Below are positions 1-9,284 of a stretch of DNA of 56,796 nucleotides, one piece after another; position 1 is the first letter of the stretch, and each line of letters opens with the position of its first letter. The position numbers were made by a program, and so were the translations under genes. The notes below the pieces were generated by a model. The model ran no database searches. It worked only from the letters and a program-made list of their open reading frames with translations, and was not told the origin of the DNA. Where the stretch lies: assembly GCA_964391595.1 (NCBI GenBank), contig CAYMMM010000003.1, positions 1 to 56,796 of the forward strand, given 5' to 3'. This stretch comes from an uncultured Candidatus Saccharibacteria bacterium (GTDB lineage Bacteria; Patescibacteriota; Saccharimonadia; CAILAD01; GCA-016700035).

Positions 1-2
1 TG

Positions 3-1253
3 ATCCATGTGCCAGGTTCGCCGATCTTTCATCTTGAAGTGCATGTGAATAGTGGCTATCGGTACGCTAAGAAATCACACTATGAGCTACCGCATCTGCT
101 TGAGCACTTGGCCTTTGAAGGATCGAAGCGTTTTCCAGACCCTCGTGCATTGCGCTACGAGCTGGAGAAGTATGGCATTTATCAAAATGCATACACATCT
201 TTTAATAGAAACGGGTATGAGTTCTACAGCGCCAAAGAATACATTGATCACATCATCGACCTTGGGTATGAATGGCTTCTCGAGCCGACCTTTAGAGAAG
301 AGGCAATCGCTCAACAGAAGCAGGTTGTGGAAAATGAGCTCACGCAGCACATCGCCAATGCTGAAGGACAAATTGGGTACGCACTCCATCAGTCTCTCAA
401 AAATCAACAGGTGCTCAGCTGGAAGAAGCGTATTGCGACTATGCAATCTATAACTCGTCACGACATTGTGTCCTATCATCAAGGTCATTATTATCCAGCG
501 AATTTACTCCATATCATCACAGGGGATTTGCCGCGGACTCGTGTGAAGCACATTAAGCAAATGATCGAAGCGAAGCTACCAGCTGCAGTGCAGAAGCAAC
601 CCCTTGCTGCAGCGCCAGTATTACCGAAGCCGCCAAAGAGCCTGCGCATTTATACAAAATATCCGCATAAGGATGCGGTGCGTTTCACGATCGAGTTTAC
701 GAAGCCAGGATTCGACGAAACTTTTGATGCAAAACATTTTACCGCATTGCAGATTTACAAAACTATTCTCGGTGAGGGTATGTACTCTCGTCTTTTCATC
801 AAGACTCGTGAAACGGGTCTGACATATTCGATCGGAACGTATTTGGGGGCAAGTCGTGAATACAGTTATTTTGAAATAGCCGATAAAGTGCCACCGAAGA
901 ATGTCTTGCCGCTCGTACAGCTTGTATTTGAGCAAATGCGTGCTGTCGCAGATGGTGGATTTAGCGATGAAGAGCTCGATAGAGCGGTCGGATACCAGAT
1001 AGGACGCCACGCGACACGGTTTCAGACGGCGATGAATTATCTTTCATGGTATGAGGACGTCTATACGCAGGGTATGCCGCTGCTGACGCCCGATGATGTG
1101 TTGGCTGAGCTCAAGCAAGTCACTCGTGATTCGGTCATCGAGGCAGCTGTCGCATTTTTTGGTAACCCTTCCTTGCAGCGACGACTTGGTGTGGCAAGCT
1201 ATGACAAAGTAGATCCGGCTCTCGAGCAGCTTGTCGCTGACTTTGCGATCTAA
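3..1253 (+). CDS. M16 (pitrilysin/insulinase) family zinc peptidase, 5' end cut by window edge
   Basis: The reading frame is open to the window start. It has the HxxEH zinc motif (HLLEH) followed by EGS. Length and two-lobe layout are typical of M16. Confidence 0.8.
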   Translation: MHVPGSPIFHLEVHVNSGYRYAKKSHYELPHLLEHLAFEGSKRFPDPRALRYELEKYGIYQNAYTSFNRNGYEFYSAKEYIDHIIDLGYEWLLEPTFREEAIAQQKQVVENELTQHIANAEGQIGYALHQSLKNQQVLSWKKRIATMQSITRHDIVSYHQGHYYPANLLHIITGDLPRTRVKHIKQMIEAKLPAAVQKQPLAAAPVLPKPPKSLRIYTKYPHKDAVRFTIEFTKPGFDETFDAKHFTALQIYKTILGEGMYSRLFIKTRETGLTYSIGTYLGASREYSYFEIADKVPPKNVLPLVQLVFEQMRAVADGGFSDEELDRAVGYQIGRHATRFQTAMNYLSWYEDVYTQGMPLLTPDDVLAELKQVTRDSVIEAAVAFFGNPSLQRRLGVASYDKVDPALEQLVADFAI

Positions 1254-1261
1254 TTCAATGG

Positions 1262-1565
1262 CGACGGGCCCAGCTCCGAAGAGCTGGGCCCGGGTCTACG
1301 CAACGAGGCGCAGAAGGGTGGTGGGGTATGAAATAGGCGCCCAGCAATGCAGCCGGTTCCTAGAGTCTTACCAGGTTTCCATCAACCCGTCATCGCAGAA
1401 GTTACCTTCTTTTGATGTCTTTTCCTACAGCGGCGCCAGTTACTGGCACCTCGAGCCCCCGGGGTCGGGCAGCGCTCGTGTAGTGGTGTGTGAAGTTTTC
1501 AAGGCGGTGTCTCGTCTTGGACCCTTTTTTGACCGCCCCACCGCAGTCAGAAGTTATCCAGATGT
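1262..1565 (-). ncRNA. Candidate structured non-coding RNA of about 300 nt, class unresolved (some RNase P-like local motifs)
   Basis: It lies in a GC-rich 404-bp gap with no minus-strand ORF of 60 aa or more. A consensus promoter sits upstream on the minus strand. The region ends in a perfect 11-bp stem with a UUCG loop (1266..1291). Internal hairpins include GCCAG-UAA-CUGGC and GAAG-GUAA-CUUC. Confidence 0.4.
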
Positions 1566-1569
1566 GAGT

Positions 1570-1598
1570 ATATTATACTAAATTAATATATCTGTCAA
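1570..1598 (-). promoter_or_regulatory. Sigma70-like promoter facing the non-coding gap
   Basis: Minus strand: TTGACA (1598..1593), then TATAAT after a 15-nt spacer or TAATAT after a 17-nt spacer. Confidence 0.45.
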
Positions 1599-1657
1599 GT
1601 ATTTTCCTTACTCTTACTTCTACCAGATATGCGCCAGATATAGTACAATAGAAGACC

Positions 1658-3355
1658 ATGATTAAGCTGCAAAATCTACATTTTGAATACGGCCACACGC
1701 CGATTCTCGACGCGATCACCTTTACGATTGGGCCAGGCGACCGCATTGGCTTAATTGGGCCGAATGGGGCTGGGAAGTCGACACTTCTGAAGCTGGTCGC
1801 CGGGGAGCTGCAGCCGAGCGATGGAGAGATTGATCGTACGAGTGACATCGTCGGGTTTATGCCTCAGGAGCTTATTCAGTGGCGCGACCTTACTGTGCAG
1901 CAGTGTGTCGAGGAGCTGACGGGTGTCGCTGGCGCGTATCGTACGCTTGACGAGGCGAGCCAGAATCTCGCAGAAGATGATACTACATATAATCAGGCAC
2001 TCGAGCGGCTCGAAGGTCTTGGTGCATATTCGCTTGATGAGCGTCTGCCACGCGCACTTCGTGAAGTAGGACTGCCGGAAAACATTAATGATCGTACGGT
2101 CGGTGATCTCTCTGGCGGTCAGCAAACGAAGCTTGCACTCGCGAGTATTCTCGTGGCGCAGTACGATGTATTTTTACTCGATGAGCCAACCAATAATCTC
2201 GATATCGCTGGCATCGAAGCGCTGCAGAAATTTATTAAGGAATCCAAGGCGGGCTTCCTGATTATCTCTCACGATCGTAGTTTCTTGCGTCAAGTAATGA
2301 ATAAGATTGTGGTACTTAAGGACGCAGCCGGAGGTATGGAATATTTTGGTGGTGGCTTTGCAGCCTGGCGCGAACAGACGGCTCGAGAGCGTGATGCTCA
2401 AGCGCGGGCGCATCGTGTGGCTGAACTTGAGCGCGAGAAGCTCGAATCAGCCCTCGAACGCCGCGCCGCCGCCAGTGTGACCAGTGACCGTAATGATGCC
2501 GGTAAACGTGACAATGACAAGATGGCGACTGACCGCAAGAGTCAGAATGCCGGTAAGACTTTGGCGCGGGCTGCTAAGGCACTCGAGACGCGCCTCGAAC
2601 GGCTCGATGAGGTTGAGCGACCAGATGAAGAAGTTGATCTGACGGTGCTCTTCCCGACGACACAGAATCGTCCGGGTGGCGACATGGCTTCACTCAGTGG
2701 CGCGGTGGTTGAATATAACTCGGGTGATTCTCAGAATCAAAAGCAACTAGGACCTTACGATCTTGTGGTGCGCGGCGATGATCGGATTGCGATCGTAGGT
2801 CCAAACGGCGAAGGGAAGTCGACACTCGTAAAGCTCTTGGCGGGATTGATTGATCCTGTCAAAGGTGAGCGCACAGTAGCTGAAGCTACCAAGATTGGCT
2901 ACATTGCGCAGCAGCCTGAGTTTGAGAAGCCAGAAGACTCGCTAGTAAATAATGTCGCACGCATGGCGGGCGTTGATCAGACGAAGGCTGCCACCGAGCT
3001 AGCTCGCTTCGGCATAGCGCGCGAAGGCCAGCTTGTGCCTGCAAACTCAGTGAGCCCTGGTCAGCGAGGGAAGGCATTTCTCGCGGTGCATGCGCTGCGA
3101 GCGACGAACCTACTCATTCTCGACGAGCCGACAAATCATCTCGATGTGCACGCCAGTGAAGCGCTCGGTAAAGCGCTGGCGACCTACCCTGGTACGTTGA
3201 TTGTGGTCAGTCATGATCGTGATTTTCTCAATGAAGTCCAGATCAAGCGCTACGTTGTGGTGCAAGAAGGCAAGGTGCTCGGTGAAAAAGAATCGCTAGC
3301 TTACGCGCGTGCACATGGACTTATGAAAGATACCAACGAGGATAACGCCACGTAG
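1658..3355 (+). CDS. ABC-F family ATPase (two ATP-binding cassettes, no membrane domain)
   Basis: Two Walker A motifs (GPNGAGKST, GPNGEGKST), an LSGGQ signature, two Walker B motifs (LLDEPTN, ILDEPTN) and a charged R/E/A-rich inter-domain linker. Confidence 0.9.
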   Translation: MIKLQNLHFEYGHTPILDAITFTIGPGDRIGLIGPNGAGKSTLLKLVAGELQPSDGEIDRTSDIVGFMPQELIQWRDLTVQQCVEELTGVAGAYRTLDEASQNLAEDDTTYNQALERLEGLGAYSLDERLPRALREVGLPENINDRTVGDLSGGQQTKLALASILVAQYDVFLLDEPTNNLDIAGIEALQKFIKESKAGFLIISHDRSFLRQVMNKIVVLKDAAGGMEYFGGGFAAWREQTARERDAQARAHRVAELEREKLESALERRAAASVTSDRNDAGKRDNDKMATDRKSQNAGKTLARAAKALETRLERLDEVERPDEEVDLTVLFPTTQNRPGGDMASLSGAVVEYNSGDSQNQKQLGPYDLVVRGDDRIAIVGPNGEGKSTLVKLLAGLIDPVKGERTVAEATKIGYIAQQPEFEKPEDSLVNNVARMAGVDQTKAATELARFGIAREGQLVPANSVSPGQRGKAFLAVHALRATNLLILDEPTNHLDVHASEALGKALATYPGTLIVVSHDRDFLNEVQIKRYVVVQEGKVLGEKESLAYARAHGLMKDTNEDNAT

Positions 3356-3399
3356 GCTCGCTGGCTACAGGTCACTACTCCTGGTAAGATAAGGTAAAT

Positions 3400-4776
3400 A
3401 TGAAAACGCAACTCATTACACTCAAAGAATCTATCGAAGAAACCGTTACCGTCGAAGGCTGGGTCTATCGTATGCGTGTGCATCCAAACGTCGCATTTTT
3501 GGACGTGCGCGATGCCACAGGCATCTTGCAGGTTGCCGGTAACCCGGAGCTCTTGCCCGACGGATTGGGCATAGAAGACTTAGTGCGCGTGTCGGGCAAA
3601 GTTGTGAAGCGGGGTGAGCGGTATATAAATGCCGACCAGCCACTCGGTGAGATCGAGCTACAGATGACGAGCGCGAAGGTGATCAGTGCAAGCGCCCAGA
3701 CACCATTTGTGCTCAATCAGTCGACTGCTGAAATCGACGAGTCGGTGCGGCTCAAGTATCGCTATCTCGATCTTCGTACTGAGCGCATGCAGGCAAATCT
3801 TCGCTTGCGACACGAGCTTGCGCAGGGATTTCGTCAGCATCTCAATGAGCAGGGCTTTCTCGAGATCGAGACCCCGATGCTTACGAAGGGTACACCAGAG
3901 GGCGCTCGTGAGTTTCTCGTCCCATCGCGCCTCTATCCGGGCGAAGGCTATGTTTTGCCCCAGTCACCGCAGCAGTTCAAGCAGTTACTCATGATTTCGG
4001 GTGTGGAGAAATACTATCAGTTTGCGCGCTGCTTCCGTGACGAGGACGGGCGTAAGGACCGACAGCCAGAGTTTACGCAGATTGATATCGAGATGTCGTT
4101 TGTGGATCGCGATGACGTGATGAACTTGCTCGAGACGGCCATGCGCGAAGTTATCTCGAAGGTTGCGCCAGGCAAGAAGTTGCCAGAAGGTGACTTCCCG
4201 ATCATGACCTACGATGAAGTAATGGAAAAATACCAGTCCGATAAGCCGGACATTCGTAAGGATAAAGATGACCCTGACGAGTTCGCATTCTTGTGGGTTG
4301 TGGACTTCCCGATGTTTGAGCGCGATGAAGAAACTGGCAAGCTCAACGCCATGCACCATCCGTTTACGGCGCCAGACATCGAGGATATCAAAGAGCTTGA
4401 TGCTTCAGACGAAGAGTTGCTCAAGATGAAGACGCGTGCCTATGACCTGGTTTTGAATGGCTATGAAGTGGGTGGGGGGAGCATTCGTATTTCTAGTGCC
4501 GAGTTGCAAAAGCGAGTATTACAGGCGCTTGGTGTAGATGATCAGGATATTCAGGATCGCTTTGGGCACCTGCTCGAAGCATTGACCTTTTCGCCACCGC
4601 CACATGGCGGAGTTGCAGTGGGTTACGACCGCCTTGTAGCGATTCTGGCTGGGGAGCCAAACATTCGTGAGGTTATGGCATTCCCGAAGACTGGAGAGAG
4701 CAAAGACCTCCTCATGGGCTCACCTTCCGATCTGACGGACGATCAGCTAAAGGAAGTCGGTCTCAAAAAGCGCTAA
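3400..4776 (+). CDS. aspS: Aspartyl-tRNA synthetase, bacterial type but lacking the GAD insertion domain
   Basis: N-terminal OB fold. Class II motifs include FYQFARCFRDEDGRKDRQPEFTQIDIEMSF, MHHPFTAP and GGGSIRI. It is 458 aa against about 590 aa for typical bacterial AspRS. Confidence 0.93.
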   Translation: MKTQLITLKESIEETVTVEGWVYRMRVHPNVAFLDVRDATGILQVAGNPELLPDGLGIEDLVRVSGKVVKRGERYINADQPLGEIELQMTSAKVISASAQTPFVLNQSTAEIDESVRLKYRYLDLRTERMQANLRLRHELAQGFRQHLNEQGFLEIETPMLTKGTPEGAREFLVPSRLYPGEGYVLPQSPQQFKQLLMISGVEKYYQFARCFRDEDGRKDRQPEFTQIDIEMSFVDRDDVMNLLETAMREVISKVAPGKKLPEGDFPIMTYDEVMEKYQSDKPDIRKDKDDPDEFAFLWVVDFPMFERDEETGKLNAMHHPFTAPDIEDIKELDASDEELLKMKTRAYDLVLNGYEVGGGSIRISSAELQKRVLQALGVDDQDIQDRFGHLLEALTFSPPPHGGVAVGYDRLVAILAGEPNIREVMAFPKTGESKDLLMGSPSDLTDDQLKEVGLKKR

Positions 4777-6248
4777 TTTCTTCGCGCCTTGAATCGTAAC
4801 CCTAGCAAAGTAATTGTTACGAAAGTGCACAGTAGTGCAAGCCAATCGCCGAAGCGAGTATAGATGGTAGTTGTATTATTCGTTTGCACCGATGCGAGCA
4901 TGGCTTTGGTTGAGAAAGAAGTATCTTTTACGATGAGCGTACCGTTAATATCATATGCATAGCTATAGCTTCCTCTGGCCGATTGTACGAATGGTCGTGC
5001 ATTTGCGACAGCGTGAAGTATGCCGAGCGTTTCGGTCTGAGAGTGGTACAGGGGAGATAAGCCAACCGTGTCGAGCGAGCCAGAATTCGTAAGCAGGGTA
5101 GCTCCATTGCTCGCCATACCGCGGTATACTTCTGGGCTGACGACACCCGAGCAGGCGAGTGCACCAATTTTGACTACGCCCGTGTCATAGGCTAGTTCTC
5201 GAGAGGGGGCAGAACTCACGCCTCTCTCCTGGACGTAGGTGTCTATGACTTTCTGGTTGCCTGACGCCTTGAGTAGTCCTGTGATGAAATATGGTAGGTA
5301 CTCGCCGCCAGGGGCCAAGAACCATTTATGTTGACGAAACACGAGTGAGCTATTTGGGTGTCGGTAGGCTACAAAATTTATATACGGTCGCTGTGATTGA
5401 TCCTGGTAGCTATCGACGAGGATGCTAGACGAAGTCCTAGCGAGTTTGCTGGCTGTGTCGATATCTTCTTGTGGTGTAAAAGCAAAATAATGCGAGTACT
5501 CGGGAAGCAATATGATATCTGCTGAATGTTGCGGTAAGGAGGCTATTTGCTCATTAATAGCCCTATCATGCTCCTTAAGGTTTTTGTTGGTGCCTATTTG
5601 TACGATTGCAATATCTTGAGAAGCTCCGTTTGGTTGTCGCCAGAGCAGGTAGGTCGCCTGGGTCACTATGAGGAGTATACCGCAGGCCAATAGAATGTTT
5701 ATCCGCTGCTTTGGTGCGTAGATTACCTGAAGAATTGCCACGCAAAGAAACACAAAGACGCCGCTTAGTATCCATATGCCACCGATTCGGGATAGGAAAA
5801 CCAGCGGGGTGCGGACGAGATTGTAGCCCAGAGCACCTATGATGATATGACTACCGATACGCCCGAAGTGCCCGGCAATGATGAGCGAGAAAAAGATACT
5901 CTGTAGATATTCGGCTGCAACCCAGAGTGTAGGTATCAGCCAGAGAGCCTGATTGTGTTTCCAGTCTACGCGTAGCTTTCGGTATGCCCAAACAGCGACT
6001 GGGGGTGCGATCGAAAACGCGAAAGAGAAAAGCACATAGACAAGCGTGAAGGAGATTTTTACAACTGGTACATCGGGTGCGATGTCGGTAAGACGCGTCC
6101 CTCTAAGCCATGACATTTGGTATGCAGCGTAACAGAATGAGACTATCCAGCATGCAAAGATCGGATGGGCCTTAAGCCACAGGCGGATTCGCTCTATGGC
6201 TTGCATGGCTACTTGCATAGTTTGTGGCGCCCGCCCCTTGTGTACCAC
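4773..6248 (-). CDS. lnt: Apolipoprotein N-acyltransferase-like protein (polytopic N-domain plus CN-hydrolase domain)
   Basis: About 7 hydrophobic helices, then a nitrilase-like domain with candidate Glu (ILLPEYS), Lys (HKWFLAPGGEYLP) and Cys (GALACSG). The ORF starts at GTG 6248; alternative ATGs are at 6218 and 6206. Confidence 0.7.
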   Translation of the reverse strand: MVHKGRAPQTMQVAMQAIERIRLWLKAHPIFACWIVSFCYAAYQMSWLRGTRLTDIAPDVPVVKISFTLVYVLFSFAFSIAPPVAVWAYRKLRVDWKHNQALWLIPTLWVAAEYLQSIFFSLIIAGHFGRIGSHIIIGALGYNLVRTPLVFLSRIGGIWILSGVFVFLCVAILQVIYAPKQRINILLACGILLIVTQATYLLWRQPNGASQDIAIVQIGTNKNLKEHDRAINEQIASLPQHSADIILLPEYSHYFAFTPQEDIDTASKLARTSSSILVDSYQDQSQRPYINFVAYRHPNSSLVFRQHKWFLAPGGEYLPYFITGLLKASGNQKVIDTYVQERGVSSAPSRELAYDTGVVKIGALACSGVVSPEVYRGMASNGATLLTNSGSLDTVGLSPLYHSQTETLGILHAVANARPFVQSARGSYSYAYDINGTLIVKDTSFSTKAMLASVQTNNTTTIYTRFGDWLALLCTFVTITLLGLRFKARRN

Positions 6249-6262
6249 TTATTAACTACGAA

Positions 6263-7786
6263 TTAATTGGTTGTATTACCGCCACCGGTAGACGGTGTGG
6301 GTGTAGCTGTTAATGTTGGGGTAGTGCTTGGACTAATGCTGCCCGTAGTCGTTGTAGGTGAAGGTGAACTTGTAGTAGTAGGGGTTGGGCTAGCATTCTG
6401 GATGGCAGCTCCGTATCCCACCATACTGCTATTTCTCGAGATACCCATAATATTTAAGATGTATTCACTGTAAGTAGATGTAGACGTATCGAACATCTTA
6501 CCATTCTTATAGATTTTCGTGCCATCATTACTTATGCTGCCATCTGTTTGAAATATACCCAAAGTGCCTCCAATATTTAGATACGCAGGTATCGTTTGTG
6601 TAGAGAGTGGGGTATACGTTTTGTCTGCGCTACTAAACTTCCAAAGCCTTGAAGAATTCGAGTCCAGCCCAGATGCAAGAATATAGTACGAGTCCTTTGT
6701 GTCACTTGTGAGTATTTCGAACCATCCGTTACCACCTGCGAATGTAGAAACTTTGAATGGTCGTGAGATAGGCGACTGATCAGCTTGCGCTGTTAGTCTA
6801 AAGCTAACCGGCACTATCCCTGATGCTGTGACTTTTCCTGCGCCATCCTTCTCGCACACACGGGCACGAAGTAAGACTTCGTATCCGGCTTTCATCGTGT
6901 AATTTTGTGTTGCACTTACCCAGCCCGGAGCATTGCATCCATTACTGTAGTCAACGTTCATACGCTTCATAATAATCGATGAGTCCAGCTTGATACGTAT
7001 TGTATTTGTATATTTTGGATCGAGTATGTTGAGATTTGGATTGTTGTATTCAAAATCATCAATTAGTACATAGATATAATGATTAAGCGGATCTGCGAAC
7101 ATCGGTGCCTCAGCAATGTCGTGGTAACCGTTATTCCATTGGAACGGGATCGGAGTGCTGCTTTTCAATGAGCCAGTCTTGAGATCGAATATATTAAAGC
7201 TGACTACATTATTTGTTGTGACCTGCAAGTATACTTCGCTACGCTCAGTATCGACTAGCGGCTTTCCGTATGTTTGAGCGTTAAAGTTGAGTGTACTGAG
7301 AAGCTTGTGATTTTGTGTGTCTATAATCGGTATCTTATACCCATATGAAGGTGCTGTTTTTGATGTTGATTGGTCTGTGGGGATGCATACACCCGTTAAG
7401 ACAAAGAGTGGGCTTGACGAGCTGGGCTGCACCAAACCACCATATGAAAGACCATTGCCGGTCGCTTGCTTGCAGCCGGTTTGTGCGTCAAAGGCCGGTA
7501 GTGAGATATTGATACTAGGATCTGACTTATTTGTCGTCGCGTCATACCCGAAGAGACTATATTGCGAGTTATTGTTTGTATCATAGCCATTGAACTTCAG
7601 GGCGTAGACCAATCGAACGTTTGTACTTGCCTTTGAGAAGAAGATATATATGAAACCTAACGTAGCCACAAGTAGTATCGAGAGTGCAAGGACTAGCTTG
7701 GGGTTAAACTTTACTTTTTGTTGTAGTTTAGATGCTGTCGACACGTTACTTCTTGGTTTTTTTGAGGTTGATGGCTTAGTGGGCAT
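6263..7786 (-). CDS. Surface protein paralogue 1 (N-terminal anchor, beta-rich core, Thr/Pro/Ser stalk ending PSTGGGNTTN)
   Basis: The basic N-tail and TM segment (KLVLALSILLVATLGFIYIFF) are almost identical to the neighbouring gene. The C-terminus is low-complexity T/P/S. Confidence 0.75.
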   Translation of the reverse strand: MPTKPSTSKKPRSNVSTASKLQQKVKFNPKLVLALSILLVATLGFIYIFFSKASTNVRLVYALKFNGYDTNNNSQYSLFGYDATTNKSDPSINISLPAFDAQTGCKQATGNGLSYGGLVQPSSSSPLFVLTGVCIPTDQSTSKTAPSYGYKIPIIDTQNHKLLSTLNFNAQTYGKPLVDTERSEVYLQVTTNNVVSFNIFDLKTGSLKSSTPIPFQWNNGYHDIAEAPMFADPLNHYIYVLIDDFEYNNPNLNILDPKYTNTIRIKLDSSIIMKRMNVDYSNGCNAPGWVSATQNYTMKAGYEVLLRARVCEKDGAGKVTASGIVPVSFRLTAQADQSPISRPFKVSTFAGGNGWFEILTSDTKDSYYILASGLDSNSSRLWKFSSADKTYTPLSTQTIPAYLNIGGTLGIFQTDGSISNDGTKIYKNGKMFDTSTSTYSEYILNIMGISRNSSMVGYGAAIQNASPTPTTTSSPSPTTTTGSISPSTTPTLTATPTPSTGGGNTTN

Positions 7787-7818
7787 TGAGCATTCCTGGT
7801 GATTTTATACTTACATTG

Positions 7819-7847
7819 AGCTTATGTTGGGTGTTTTGAGCTGTCAA
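7819..7847 (-). promoter_or_regulatory. Promoter of paralogue 1 (TTGACA-N17-TAAGCT)
   Basis: Minus strand: TTGACA at 7847..7842, 17-nt spacer, TAAGCT at 7824..7819. The same architecture precedes paralogue 2. Confidence 0.5.
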
Positions 7848-7860
7848 GTCGAGAGGTGAC

Positions 7861-9252
7861 TTAGTTCGTGGTGTTACCGCCACCAGTAGATGGCACAGGA
7901 GCTGTGGTGCTAGTCGAAGCTGTGGGTGTTGTACTTGTAGACGGCGAACTCGATACGGTTGCTGTTGCTGTTGGACTAGGTGTAGTCGGAATAACACTTC
8001 CCAAGACAGGCGTTCCTTGTCTTGGTATATACGAGTTTACTGCGCCTGTACTGAAATTATAGGTACTGAGAGTGTTGTAAGTGGTAATGATGGCTACGGA
8101 TGGGTCTTGTGATGCGAACATCTCGCCACTTTGTATTGTATCGATATTTGCGCCTGGCGCAGTCTCAAATTGCTTGGTAGAGACATTGTATTTGAGTAGT
8201 AGTGGATAAGCCTTGTTGACGTTGGGGTCATAGCCTTTCATGCTCATGATATGAATGTAACCTGGCTGGATACTCGCTACGTCGTCGAATTGCAGGTTGG
8301 TCGTTGGCAGGTCCTGCCCAACCGCGGCAAAAATACTTGTGGGCTGAATAGTGATTTTGATGAGTTGTAGCTTGGTTACATTTCCGTTAGTGTCATCGAC
8401 TCGTCCGACTGCATAAATGTCTTGTGAGCCAGCAACGGACACGGCGTTGTGTGTGTGTGAGCGGTTTTTGAATGCAAATCCAGATGCGTTGGCTTTGAGA
8501 CTGCGCTTATTTGTATAAGTTGCAGTGTCATAGATCACTACATTTTTGTAGGCAGTTGGATCAGCTCCTGAACCGCGTTCGTCATTGCCATATAGAATTA
8601 CCAACCATTGACCATCGCCACTTACGACGATTCCCTCAGCAAATACGCCCGCCACGTCGTTTACATTGAGCGTTTTGACAACTGCATTTGTCAGCCCATC
8701 AACTACGGTAACTGTACCCCCATTATAGTCATGTACATAGTATTGCTTCTTGATTTCATTTGATACAACGTCGAGCATCCCGCTTTTTGTGGTTAGCGCG
8801 AGCGACTTGCCGGTATATGTATGGGTAGTAGTATCAATACTTGGCACAAGTAAGCTTTCAGACTGCAAGCCACCACACCCTGACGGTATTACAAATGCCC
8901 TGTTGGCGCTCCTAAGTTCAAGTACGTGATCATACCAGTAAGGTCGATTTGTCGTGCACCCATTTTGGGATGGGTAAGCGGGTAGGTCGATGCTTTTGAC
9001 CATCGACTTTGTCGTCGGATCCCATACCTCCACGCTGTTTTTGTTATTAGCCGTAGTGTAGCCGGCATAATAAACATATTCCTTAAGCGCACTCGCCTTC
9101 GAGAAGAAAATATAAATGAAGCCTAGTGTGGCAATGAGTAGTATTGAGAGTGCAAGGACTAGCTTGGGATTAAACTTTACTTTTTGTTGAAGCCTGGAAG
9201 CTGAAGATACGTTTGTTTTTGGTGTTTTGAGTGTCGATGTCTTTGCAGGCAT
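7861..9252 (-). CDS. Surface protein paralogue 2 (same leader and same PSTGGGNTTN tail, diverged beta-rich core)
   Basis: The first ~55 aa and last ~10 aa nearly match 6263..7786. Weak core similarity also exists (DPTTKS..IDLPAY..Q.GC). Confidence 0.75.
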   Translation of the reverse strand: MPAKTSTLKTPKTNVSSASRLQQKVKFNPKLVLALSILLIATLGFIYIFFSKASALKEYVYYAGYTTANNKNSVEVWDPTTKSMVKSIDLPAYPSQNGCTTNRPYWYDHVLELRSANRAFVIPSGCGGLQSESLLVPSIDTTTHTYTGKSLALTTKSGMLDVVSNEIKKQYYVHDYNGGTVTVVDGLTNAVVKTLNVNDVAGVFAEGIVVSGDGQWLVILYGNDERGSGADPTAYKNVVIYDTATYTNKRSLKANASGFAFKNRSHTHNAVSVAGSQDIYAVGRVDDTNGNVTKLQLIKITIQPTSIFAAVGQDLPTTNLQFDDVASIQPGYIHIMSMKGYDPNVNKAYPLLLKYNVSTKQFETAPGANIDTIQSGEMFASQDPSVAIITTYNTLSTYNFSTGAVNSYIPRQGTPVLGSVIPTTPSPTATATVSSSPSTSTTPTASTSTTAPVPSTGGGNTTN

Positions 9253-9284
9253 AACTTTTTCCTAGTAAATGATATTCATTATTA

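Noticed and set aside
1231-1581. Plus-strand 116-aa ORF across the large spacer, and minus-strand ORF 1573..1848.
   Set aside because: The first starts inside the M16 peptidase gene, has no SD and has an odd Arg/Ser-rich composition. The second is antisense to the ABC-F start and promoter. A non-coding RNA is the better explanation.
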